Source: a bacterium (GTDB taxonomy: Bacteria; Zixibacteria; MSB-5A5; GN15; FEB-12). From it: a DNA stretch of 64,000 nt. The DNA lies in the NCBI GenBank assembly GCA_043811375.1, contig JBDRNJ010000006.1:54296-118295 (forward strand), given 5' to 3'. Positions 1-8,762 of the stretch are shown in pieces (positions within the stretch are counted from its first letter, which is position 1; each line of letters starts with the position of its first letter). A program made the translations under genes and the position numbers. The notes beneath the pieces were generated by a model. That model saw nothing but the letters and a program-made list of their open reading frames with translations, made no database searches and was not told the origin of the DNA.

Positions 1-266
1 GGAGAGCCGAACACCCGCTGCTGCATGTTGCCCCGGTAAGCCAGGTTTTCATCTTCCGCTTTTTCGGCGTAGCGAAAGCGGTAAATAGTGACACCATCGA
101 CCATCTCATATTCAATAGCGCCCCTGTCATGAGGCGCCAGGATAATCGGGTGCACACCCAGTTCCGTTAATCGCCGACTCAGCAATGAGATAAATACGCC
201 CGCATGATCGCCCTGGAAGCGCGGGTAGTTGTGAGTGAGGACCAGCAGCCGGATGCTTCCCTTCAT
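1..266 (-). CDS. Glycosyltransferase family 4 protein (N-terminal part; runs off window edge)
   Basis: Manual translation from ATG at 266: MKGSIRLLVLTHNYPRFQGDHAGVFISLLSRRLTELGVHPIILAPH...GVTIYRFRY, a typical GT4 N-terminus; not in the ORF track. Confidence 0.8.
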   Translation of the reverse strand, partial: MKGSIRLLVLTHNYPRFQGDHAGVFISLLSRRLTELGVHPIILAPHDRGAIEYEMVDGVTIYRFRYAEKAEDENLAYRGNMQQRVFGS

Positions 267-351
267 GCTGTTTATAGTACACAAACGGCAACAGGGATAA
301 AACATAATTTTATTGCTACCCTGACCCCGATTAGTATTTTCAGATAAGACC

Positions 352-1287
352 ATGACAACAGACAATCACAGAGAACTGGATTTCATTACTGAGATTCCGT
401 TTGATGAAATCCTGACCAATCCGATTCTTGATATCGCTGCTCGCTTCTGGGATGAGGAGAGATACCGCGCTTTTCGTGTTTGTTACCGCTCCATGCGCAT
501 CATCGATGACCTGATCGATGACCGCAGGACCGCCGGAGGGGTAATATCGGAACGGGAAAGACAGCATTACCGGCAGATGCTGAGTGATTTCATCGAAGCT
601 GTTCGCGGTCAACGACCGGCCGATGCCTTCCAGCAGGAACTGGTCGCTGTTATGCGGAAGTTCGATATCCCTGTCTGGCCCTGGGAGCGGCTGGCCAGGG
701 CTATGATCTATGACCTCTCCCACTATGGATTCCCCACCTTTCGGCGTTTTTTGAAATACTGTGAAGGAGCCGCCGTTGCCCCGGCCTCGGTCTTTATGCA
801 TCTGTGCGGTGTTACCCACCGGGAGGGCCGGTACATACGGCCAACGTTCGATAGTCGCCGGGCCGCCCGACCGCTGGCTCTGTTCTCCTACCTGGTGCAC
901 ATTATCAGGGATTTTGAACCCGATCAGAAGGCCAGTCTGAACTACTTTGCCGATGATCTGTTGAGCAGCTTTGATTTGAAACCATCAGACCTTACTGAGA
1001 TGGTTGAAACCGGACAGATTAAACCCGCATTGCGGGAATTGATCGGTCGCTATGGCCAATACGCCATATATTACAGAACCGAAGCGCGGTCAACTCTCGA
1101 CCGCCTTAAGCAGCATCTTGAAAGCCGGTATCGTCTGAGCCTGGAGATAGTCTATGGTCTGTATCTGCAGATATTTGAACGCATTAATCCGGAGCGAGGC
1201 AGTTTTTCGGCATCGGATCTCAACCCCCGACCGGAAGAAATCCGGCAACGTATCGACACTATAACGACATCCTTTCAGCGAAATTGA
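352..1287 (+). CDS. Squalene/phytoene synthase family protein
   Basis: CYRSMRIIDDLIDD Asp-rich motif, YCEGAA, second motif IIRDFEPD. Confidence 0.85.
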   Translation: MTTDNHRELDFITEIPFDEILTNPILDIAARFWDEERYRAFRVCYRSMRIIDDLIDDRRTAGGVISERERQHYRQMLSDFIEAVRGQRPADAFQQELVAVMRKFDIPVWPWERLARAMIYDLSHYGFPTFRRFLKYCEGAAVAPASVFMHLCGVTHREGRYIRPTFDSRRAARPLALFSYLVHIIRDFEPDQKASLNYFADDLLSSFDLKPSDLTEMVETGQIKPALRELIGRYGQYAIYYRTEARSTLDRLKQHLESRYRLSLEIVYGLYLQIFERINPERGSFSASDLNPRPEEIRQRIDTITTSFQRN

Positions 1288-1420
1288 GAGGATTTTTTGA
1301 GGAAGATATGTTATTCATGTCGGTATTACTTCTGACAGAAGAGCTGGCCGCTGTTGCGGTACCCGGACTTGCCGGGAGCCGGATCGGGCCGGGTAATGTA
1401 TAAGAGATGGAGGAAAAACT

Positions 1421-2770
1421 ATGAAAATGCTCACAATCACCGGTCTGTTGTTGGTGCTGGCCATGATGGTTCACGCCGATGAGGTTGCCGTCACGGTGTA
1501 CAACAGCAACCTGGGAGTGATCAGCGAAACACGATCGCTGCCGTTCGAGAAGGGTGTCCATCGGTTGGCTTTTCGCGATGTTCCCTCCCGGATCGACGCC
1601 AGTTCCGTCAGGTTTGACATTACAGGCTCCGATCGCGGGGCGACGATTCTCGAGCAGAATTATGTTTATGATCTGGTCAGCCCGGAGCAGATGTATATCA
1701 AGTATATCGATCACGAGATTGAGCTGATCGACACTGATGGCAAGCTCTACTCCGGGACACTGCTGGCTTATGGCGGTGGCGCTGTGACCCTGAAGGAAGA
1801 ATCCGGCCGGGTCAAGATTGTGAGGCTGGAACATGTCGCCGAAGTTAATTTCCCCAGTCTTCCGGAGGGGCTTGTTACCAGGCCGACACTATTCTGGCTG
1901 TACGCCTCCGATGTCAAGGGTCAGTTTGATTGTCGGGTCGGTTATCAGACTTCCGGGTTGATCTGGTCCGCCGAGTACGTCGGCGTGCTCAGTAGTGACG
2001 AGAAACAGCTTGACCTGTCGGGCTGGTCATCGATCAACAACACTTCCGGCAAGACTTACACTGACGCTACGTTGAAGCTGGTAGCGGGAGATATCCATCG
2101 CGCCAAGGGGGAGTCGGAGCCCCGGATGATGAAAACACTGGCGATGGCCGACGTTGCCGGCGCACCCGGTTTCGAGGAAAAGGCTTTCTTTGAATACCAC
2201 CTGTACACCTTGCCGCGTCGGGCGACCCTGGCTGATCGGGAAATCAAACAAATTTCGCTGTTTGAGCCGGCCGGCACGACGGTGGAGAAGGTCTTTGTGT
2301 ATCGACCCGAACGCAATCCGAAAAACGTCGAAGTGGCCCTGAAGTTTCAAAACTCCGCCGAAGCCGGGCTGGGCCTGCCGTTGCCGGCCGGGAGGGTACG
2401 ACTGTTTAAGGCTGATGACGACGGTTCTCTCATCCTGTTGGGTGAAGACCGGATCGACCATACGCCGCGGGATGAAGAGTTGAATCTGAAAGTAGGCTAT
2501 GCCTTTGACATCGCCGCCGAAGAGAGGATGATGGATCAGAGTCGCATCTCCAAGCAGGTCGAGGAAAGGACTTATGAAATCGAACTGCGCAATCGGAAAC
2601 AAGAGGACGTGACGATCAAGATCGAGAAGAAATTGTATGGAGATTGGGATGTGGTCGAAACCAACTTTGAATATACGAAGAAAGATGCCGGCACCCTGGT
2701 GTTTAATATCCCGGTCGGAGCCGGGGAGACGGTCACGGTTCGCTTTCGGGCGCGCTTCAATCTGCAGTGA
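1421..2770 (+). CDS. Secreted DUF4139-domain protein
   Basis: Signal peptide; VTVYNSNLGVISETR, ILEQNYVYDL, FEYHLYTL, GLGLPLPAGRVRLF, GEDRIDHTP motifs; SD GGAGG. Confidence 0.8.
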   Translation: MKMLTITGLLLVLAMMVHADEVAVTVYNSNLGVISETRSLPFEKGVHRLAFRDVPSRIDASSVRFDITGSDRGATILEQNYVYDLVSPEQMYIKYIDHEIELIDTDGKLYSGTLLAYGGGAVTLKEESGRVKIVRLEHVAEVNFPSLPEGLVTRPTLFWLYASDVKGQFDCRVGYQTSGLIWSAEYVGVLSSDEKQLDLSGWSSINNTSGKTYTDATLKLVAGDIHRAKGESEPRMMKTLAMADVAGAPGFEEKAFFEYHLYTLPRRATLADREIKQISLFEPAGTTVEKVFVYRPERNPKNVEVALKFQNSAEAGLGLPLPAGRVRLFKADDDGSLILLGEDRIDHTPRDEELNLKVGYAFDIAAEERMMDQSRISKQVEERTYEIELRNRKQEDVTIKIEKKLYGDWDVVETNFEYTKKDAGTLVFNIPVGAGETVTVRFRARFNLQ

Positions 2771-2781
2771 TTTCAATGCGG

Positions 2782-2810
2782 TTGACAAGCTTATTAACAT
2801 CAGTTAGATT
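2782..2810 (+). promoter_or_regulatory. Sigma70-type promoter for the TPR gene
   Basis: TTGACA (2782-2787), 17 nt spacer, TAGATT (2805-2810). Confidence 0.6.
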
Positions 2811-2855
2811 CAGCCGTTTAATTGGAGATAATACCTGTTAGTCTGCGAGGAATCT

Positions 2856-4241
2856 ATGTTAAGAGCATTCACAAAAGCGCTGGTGATTGGTTTGGGATTG
2901 ATGCTGGTCACAGGTGGAGTTGCGGCCCAGAAGAAGGGCAGGAAACTGAGCGTCGGTGCTTACCTGAAAACGGCCAAGATTGAGATTCTGTCGGGGGAAC
3001 CCGAGCGATACGAGTACGCCGTGGCCATGCTCGATTCCCTGTTCATGCATTACGGTCCCCATGCTGAAGGCCTGTACCTTATGGGCCAGATCATGGTCGA
3101 TGGGATCGAGCAGTCGCAAAGCCTGGAGGACAAGGGCACGTACCTGGGTAGTATGGTGGCCTATTTTGATTCCCTGAGGATGTGTTGTGAGAATGAGGAA
3201 ATCAAGAAGAGCCGGAAGAAGGGTTGCCAGGAATATGTAACGATATCCGATTCCCTTCAGGTCAAATACTGGCGTGAGTTCTTTAACTCCGGCCTAACCC
3301 AATTGAGTTTTGCCGAAGAACAGAATGCGGAACTTGAACTAACAACCGATTCATCCTCCCGGTCGTTTTTGAAGCAGGGTATCGAGGTCAACCTTGACTC
3401 CTGCATTCAGAATATGAAGCTTTCAATCATATCAATCGCCGACAGCTCCCGGCCCTACCTCATCATTGACAAGGCCTATGGATTGAAGGGGGATTACCAG
3501 TCGGGTATAGAATGGCTCAGGAAAGGTTTTGACAAATCAAATGACCCCACCGGGGTGCGGCTGTCCATTGCGTATGACTACATCAAGATGAGTGACTGGG
3601 CAGGAGCCATCCCATATTACGAGGAACATATCAGGGAAAACCCGGATGACATGGGTACTCTTAAGAATCTGGGTATCTGTTACAATAATGCCGGTATGTA
3701 TGATTCGGCAGCGATAATCAATCTCCGGGTCCTGGAGCTGGAGCCTGAAAATGCTGCCATAGCGGTGACTATCGGCCGGTACTTCAATTCCAAAGCCAGC
3801 GCTGCATCTGATTCCATGGCGATGTATCAGCAGGAGAACAACAGTGAAATGGCCAACGCCTGGTCGGAGAAAAAGAAGCAGGCATTTGACTCCTCGCGCG
3901 TCTTTTTCCGGCGAGCTTATGAAATCGACCCGGAGAATGTCTCGACTGCCGAGCAGTACGGGCTGGTCTGTGCCCTTCTGGGTGACTACGAGGAAGCAAT
4001 CATCGGTTTTGCCAAAGCGGCTGAACTGGAACCTGAGCGGGTCGGTACCTGGACGTCACTGGGCGATTGTCACCTGTCGCTGAAGCAGTTTGATGAAGCT
4101 CTGGTCGCTTATCAGAAAGTTGTGGCACTGGAACCTGACAACCGTAGTGTGTGGGAGCACCTGAGAGACCTTTACATCGAATCCGGCCAGAAGGCCAAGA
4201 GAGCCGAAGCGGAAAAGAAACTTCAGGAACTCGACAGATAA
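2856..4241 (+). CDS. Secreted tetratricopeptide repeat protein
   Basis: Signal peptide plus several TPR repeats (LKNLGICYNNAGMYDSA, WTSLGDCHLSLKQFDEALVAYQKVVALEP). Confidence 0.85.
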   Translation: MLRAFTKALVIGLGLMLVTGGVAAQKKGRKLSVGAYLKTAKIEILSGEPERYEYAVAMLDSLFMHYGPHAEGLYLMGQIMVDGIEQSQSLEDKGTYLGSMVAYFDSLRMCCENEEIKKSRKKGCQEYVTISDSLQVKYWREFFNSGLTQLSFAEEQNAELELTTDSSSRSFLKQGIEVNLDSCIQNMKLSIISIADSSRPYLIIDKAYGLKGDYQSGIEWLRKGFDKSNDPTGVRLSIAYDYIKMSDWAGAIPYYEEHIRENPDDMGTLKNLGICYNNAGMYDSAAIINLRVLELEPENAAIAVTIGRYFNSKASAASDSMAMYQQENNSEMANAWSEKKKQAFDSSRVFFRRAYEIDPENVSTAEQYGLVCALLGDYEEAIIGFAKAAELEPERVGTWTSLGDCHLSLKQFDEALVAYQKVVALEPDNRSVWEHLRDLYIESGQKAKRAEAEKKLQELDR

Positions 4242-4344
4242 ATCTATTTGGACTGTCCGCCAGTCGCTGGTCGGACATATAGACAGCAAACATTGACGGC
4301 AGGCACGAGGCCTGCCGTTTTTGATCGGCGAGGATGTCCCGGTA

Positions 4345-6744
4345 ATGGCTCGCACCAGCGAATACGTCACGGTGGCCGTATCCGGCCCCCTGCGCAGAAC
4401 TTTCACCTATCGCCTGCCGTCGATATCGACTACTCTACAGCCGGGACAAAGGGTTCTGGTGCCTTTTGGTTCGGCCAGGAAAGTTGGTTTCTACCTCGGC
4501 CCGGGTGAACCGATCGGGTCTCTGAAGATCAAGGAGATCATCAGATTTATCGATGAGTACTCACTGTTTCCCAAAGAACTGTTTCGCCTGTGCTGCTGGA
4601 TGGCTGACTACTATTTCGCCAATCCGGCCGACTGCCTTCAGACAGTATTGCCGCCGGGTATGAAGTCCGGCCACCAGGCAGTCTACTATTACAGCGAGAC
4701 GGCCGACCGAAGTGTTTCATTACCCGCCTGGCTGGAACCGTTAGTGAAGCCGGGACGACCGGTGGCGATATCAACGTTGCGCAGGATAAAATCCCAGGGT
4801 GGTCGTCTGCTGACACGATTACGACAGCAGGAAGTTATTACCGAAGTCTGGCCGGAAGTGAGTTCCCGGTCCCAAAGGAAGGCCGCCGGCTACCGGGTCG
4901 CGGCGGTCGAGAAATGGCATCTGTATTTTCAGAAGAAGGGCTTCACCCCGGAGCCATTTGATGGCACCAGGACCCGAAAAGAATTAACAGCCACCGGTTT
5001 CAGCGATTACCGCATCCGCCAATCGGTGGCGGATGGTCTCCTGCAACCGGTTTACCATGATGATCTCAAAACAATACTGAGTTTTATCGAACCAAGGCAG
5101 GATGTCGCTTCTCTCGTACTTAATGATGAACAACAGTCTGTGCTGGATACTCTCAAGGCCGATCTCAATAGTGGTTTCACTACCGGTCTGCTTCACGGAA
5201 TCACCGGTTCCGGCAAGACCCTGGTCTACTGCCACCTGGCCAGGGAAGTGCTGCGGCAGTCGAAGACCGTTTTGGTTCTTACACCGGAGATTGCCCTGGC
5301 CGGGACCACTTTGGCATATTTCAGGGGTTTCTTTGGCGGGCAGGTGACAGTAGTGCATTCGGCGATGACCCCGCGAGAGAGGATGGCCGGATGGCGGGGT
5401 GTCAGGGAAGGGAAATTCCGTGTTGTGGTGGGTCCGCGCTCGGCTTTATTGACGCCGTTGCCGGACCTGGGATTGATTGTGGTCGACGAAGAACATGACA
5501 GCTCCTACAAACAGAATGATCCGGCACCGCGCTTCCATGGCCGCGACACAGCCATCATGCGGGCCAGATTTAACGACATCCCTGTTTTGCTGGGTTCGGC
5601 CTCACCGTCTCTCGAATCATACTATAACACCCGCACCGGTCGGTATCGTCTGCTGCGTCTCACCAGGCGTCCCGGCACTACCAGCCTGCCGACCGTAAAA
5701 GTAGTAGACATGCGCAAAGAGCGAATCAGGGGTGACCTGCCGTTTCTGTCTTACCCGCTTAAAAAAGCAGTCGAAAGACGGCTGCAAAACGATGAGCAGG
5801 TTATTCTTTATCTCAACCGGCGCGGCCACTCCCCACAACTCAAGTGTGCATCATGCGGCCATGTACCCCAGTGTCCTCAGTGCCGGGTGAACCTGACCTG
5901 GCACAAAGCCGGTGGTAAGCTCTCGTGTCACTACTGTGGCCACCTGGCGGCCGGATTCAGCAGTTGTCCCCGGTGTGGGGGCGGCGATATTCTCTATCTT
6001 GGAGCCGGGACCCAGAAGGTGGAAGAGGCCGTTGGCCGCCTGTTTACCGATGCTCGAGCGGTCCGGTTCGATTCTGATTCTGTAGCTGGAAGGACCAAAG
6101 CCCACCAGGTCCTGACCCGGTTTGCCGCCGGAGAGCACAATCTGTTGCTGGGGACACAGATGGTTACCAAAGGGCTGGACCTGCCGGGAGTAACTCTGGT
6201 GGGCGTACTGGCGGCTGATCTCAGCCTGGACCTGCCTGATTTCCGTGCTTCCGAGCGAACCTTTATGCAACTTCTCCAGGTAGCCGGTCGTTGTGGCCGC
6301 GCCGACAAACCGGGTGAAGTGTTAATCCAGACTTTCTATCCTGACAGCCCGGTTATAAACGAAGCTGCCGCTCAGGACTATCAGACATTCTTCGACCGGG
6401 AGATAAAATCCCGCCGGGAACTTCACTATCCGCCGACAGCACGCCTGGTTAATTTTGTCCTTTCCTCGACGAACGAAAAGCAACTGGAGTCCGCAATCAC
6501 CTCTTTTCGTGACCGGCTTAACCGGACGGTCGACGAGTCCGGCGTCAAGGTCACCATACTGGGTCCGGCGCCCTGCCCCATGTATTTTCTACGCGGCCGC
6601 TACCGCCGGCAACTGATTGTCAAGACCCGACAGGTAATAAAACTCCTGAAAACCCTGACCGACTGGGAGAACCGCCGGCCACGATTCAAACTGCCCTCCT
6701 CGGTGCGTATCGCCGTCGACGTAGATGCTCAGGATATGATGTAG
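4345..6744 (+). CDS. priA: Primosomal protein N' (helicase)
   Basis: HGITGSGKT, DEEHD, LNRRG, paired CxxC zinc motifs, QVAGRCGR; ATG at 4345 follows GAGGA. Confidence 0.97.
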   Translation: MARTSEYVTVAVSGPLRRTFTYRLPSISTTLQPGQRVLVPFGSARKVGFYLGPGEPIGSLKIKEIIRFIDEYSLFPKELFRLCCWMADYYFANPADCLQTVLPPGMKSGHQAVYYYSETADRSVSLPAWLEPLVKPGRPVAISTLRRIKSQGGRLLTRLRQQEVITEVWPEVSSRSQRKAAGYRVAAVEKWHLYFQKKGFTPEPFDGTRTRKELTATGFSDYRIRQSVADGLLQPVYHDDLKTILSFIEPRQDVASLVLNDEQQSVLDTLKADLNSGFTTGLLHGITGSGKTLVYCHLAREVLRQSKTVLVLTPEIALAGTTLAYFRGFFGGQVTVVHSAMTPRERMAGWRGVREGKFRVVVGPRSALLTPLPDLGLIVVDEEHDSSYKQNDPAPRFHGRDTAIMRARFNDIPVLLGSASPSLESYYNTRTGRYRLLRLTRRPGTTSLPTVKVVDMRKERIRGDLPFLSYPLKKAVERRLQNDEQVILYLNRRGHSPQLKCASCGHVPQCPQCRVNLTWHKAGGKLSCHYCGHLAAGFSSCPRCGGGDILYLGAGTQKVEEAVGRLFTDARAVRFDSDSVAGRTKAHQVLTRFAAGEHNLLLGTQMVTKGLDLPGVTLVGVLAADLSLDLPDFRASERTFMQLLQVAGRCGRADKPGEVLIQTFYPDSPVINEAAAQDYQTFFDREIKSRRELHYPPTARLVNFVLSSTNEKQLESAITSFRDRLNRTVDESGVKVTILGPAPCPMYFLRGRYRRQLIVKTRQVIKLLKTLTDWENRRPRFKLPSSVRIAVDVDAQDMM

Positions 6745-6998
6745 GCAGCATCCGTATCAGCGCCAGTAAGTATCATCTACCGCCATTACCTGAAATTGAT
6801 AAAATCATCAGCCTGGTTCCGGCTGCAACCAAACCTGAACTTGATAATGTACTGGAAGGTGCTAAGTTCACTCAAGCCGTTTACGGCGGTTGGTTGAGGG
6901 TTATATTATGCTGTCATAGAGAGAGTTACGTCAGGTCATTTTCAGGCAAGTCTATTATTAAGAGATGTGAAAAAAATACGAATTGTCTAAGATAAAAG

Positions 6999-7027
6999 TT
7001 GACATAGGTTTTGTGGACATATTAAAT
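6999..7027 (+). promoter_or_regulatory. Sigma70-type promoter upstream of leader peptide / AsnRS-like gene
   Basis: TTGACA (6999-7004), 17 nt spacer, TTAAAT (7022-7027), with an AT-rich upstream tract. Confidence 0.55.
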
Positions 7028-7042
7028 ACAATTTTCAAAGAC

Positions 7043-7129
7043 ATGTTAATCATAATTTTAGGCATAGTACTACTATTGCTTTCAGACGCCAAACTGCTGG
7101 CCATAGAGGGAGCGGCGGTTGTCGTCTAA
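7043..7129 (+). CDS. Putative attenuator leader peptide MLIIILGIVLLLLSDAKLLAIEGAAVVV
   Basis: 28-codon ORF, 17 of 28 residues Ile/Leu/Val, many rare A-ending codons, lying between a promoter and a terminator. Confidence 0.6.
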   Translation: MLIIILGIVLLLLSDAKLLAIEGAAVVV

Positions 7130-7175
7130 ATTCACGAGGACTGGGGATAAAACCCCGCACGGTTTTGGCATTTGT

Positions 7176-7209
7176 GGCCACCCGGTATTGATCGGGTGGC
7201 CTTTTTTTT
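7176..7209 (+). terminator. Intrinsic terminator (attenuator) in the 5' leader
   Basis: GGCCACCCGGT-ATTG-ATCGGGTGGCC stem followed by T8, 22 nt before the ATG at 7232. Confidence 0.85.
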
Positions 7210-7231
7210 ACCCCAACATGAGGAGAGCGAG

Positions 7232-8227
7232 ATGCGGCATTTAGCGGTTACCAATGGCGAGTTTGTCAGGACCAGTGTCCTGCGTTCGAGGTTACTCAAG
7301 TCTGCCCGCGATTGGTTTGATGAACATTCATTTGTCGAGATTCAGGTACCTCATATTACCGGAGCAACCGGTTCCTGCGAGTGGTTTCCCAACGCCATGC
7401 CGGTCACGATGTTCGATCAGGATGGTGCCGAGACCACCATGTTCCTGCGGCAGACGGGGCAACTCTACCTGGAAGCCTTCACGGTCGCCCATAACCGTGT
7501 CTACACCATTGGACCGTCGTTTCGTCAGGAACGCAAGGTAACCGACCGCCACCTGTGCGAATTCACGCTAATCGAGTTTGAGGCTCGGGACCTTGACCTG
7601 GACAGCCTGATGGATCACATTGAGTCGTTGATCAAAACAATGTTTACCGGTGCACAGGAATTGTATCCCAACGGTTTGCTGTCTAAGTACGCACACCTGC
7701 CGTTTAACCGGATATCGTACGCTGACGCAGTTGCTCTTCTGCAGACGAACGGCCACACGATTGAGCTAGGTGATGATTTCGGAAGTGGCGAAGAAGGAGC
7801 TCTGTGCCGGATGCTTCACGATCTGCCAACTTTTGTGACTCATTACCCCTCCAATCCCAGACCGAAAAAGGGCGGCGTGATAAAGTTCTTCTCCATGAAA
7901 CGCGATAACGGGACCACGCTTTGTTGCGACCTGCTGCTGCCGCACGCCGGGGAATCAGTCGGCGGAGCCGTGCGTGAGGGCTGCACCGGGACCTGCAAGA
8001 AACAGTTTGAGGAATCTTACATGTACGACCACCTGGTGGAACGTGGTGTCGATCCGGCCCAGTTTGAGTGGTATTTTGAGACGCTCCAGCAGGCGGATGG
8101 TCAGTCGACCGGATGTGGGATCGGCTTTGAGCGGGTGGTGCAGTCAATCATGGCGACTGAGCAAGGCCACATGAGTATCAAGACGGCTGTGGAGTTGCCG
8201 CGATCACCGGAGTTCCTGACGCCTTAG
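7232..8227 (+). CDS. Class IIb aaRS paralog, catalytic domain only (AsnRS-like / archaeal-type asparagine synthetase-like)
   Basis: Motif 1 FVEIQVPHIT, LRQTGQLYLE, motif 2 SFRQERKVTDRHLCEFTLIEFE, motif 3 GCGIGFERVV; no N-terminal anticodon-binding OB fold; SD GAGGAG. Confidence 0.8.
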   Translation: MRHLAVTNGEFVRTSVLRSRLLKSARDWFDEHSFVEIQVPHITGATGSCEWFPNAMPVTMFDQDGAETTMFLRQTGQLYLEAFTVAHNRVYTIGPSFRQERKVTDRHLCEFTLIEFEARDLDLDSLMDHIESLIKTMFTGAQELYPNGLLSKYAHLPFNRISYADAVALLQTNGHTIELGDDFGSGEEGALCRMLHDLPTFVTHYPSNPRPKKGGVIKFFSMKRDNGTTLCCDLLLPHAGESVGGAVREGCTGTCKKQFEESYMYDHLVERGVDPAQFEWYFETLQQADGQSTGCGIGFERVVQSIMATEQGHMSIKTAVELPRSPEFLTP

Positions 8228-8354
8228 AGACGGCAACGGATTCAACTCAGTGGCGGCGGCATGGAAGTATCCAGGGGCGGATTGCCGGGCTTCAGGTAGT
8301 CGGTGAACGATGGCCGGGTCACGGCAGGCGGTCGGGCTGAAGTCTGGTGAAACA

Positions 8355-8427
8355 TGACCCCAACGGGAGTCGAACCCGTGCTTCCGCCGTGAAAGGGCAG
8401 TGTCCTAGGCCACTAGACGATGGGGTC
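8355..8427 (-). tRNA. tRNA-Glu(UUC)
   Basis: GACCCCATCGTCTAGTGGCCTAGGACACTGCCCTTTCACGGCGGAAGCACGGGTTCGACTCCCGTTGGGGTCA cloverleaf, anticodon TTC, CCA not encoded. Confidence 0.95.
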
Positions 8428-8452
8428 ATATTCGTGACTCTGTCGAGCCTTC

Positions 8453-8480
8453 ATAATACACCTTAATTGCCGCCTGTCAA
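8453..8480 (-). promoter_or_regulatory. Promoter of tRNA-Glu
   Basis: Minus strand TTGACA (8480-8475), 16 nt spacer, TATTAT (8458-8453). Confidence 0.65.
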
Positions 8481-8762
8481 GAAGATTACGGCTCTGAAGG
8501 CAGGGCCGATTCCGGAGTTATTTTCGACTGATCCTGCAACCGATAATATCGGGAGAAACCGACGAAGTCGGGAGTGTGACCAGACGAGCATTTTTCTTGC
8601 GCCGTAAAGAATTCTTTTGAAGCGGTCAGGAAAGGATTCCTGACTGCGTGTAAAAATAGAGGTGACTTGTCACTGGCGATGCCGGCGGCCGGGTCACAAC
8701 TCACCCGGAGGCGAGCCAAGACCTGACCGAACGGTAGACATCCCCGGGGATGACCGGTGGGG

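Noticed and set aside
7030..7231. T-box riboswitch upstream of the aaRS-like gene
   Set aside because: No GGTGGNACCGCG T-box motif or recognisable stem I; the leader ORF explains the structure better
7172..7231. ORF-track N-terminal extension of the AsnRS-like protein
   Set aside because: It runs through the terminator hairpin; ATG 7232 has a proper SD
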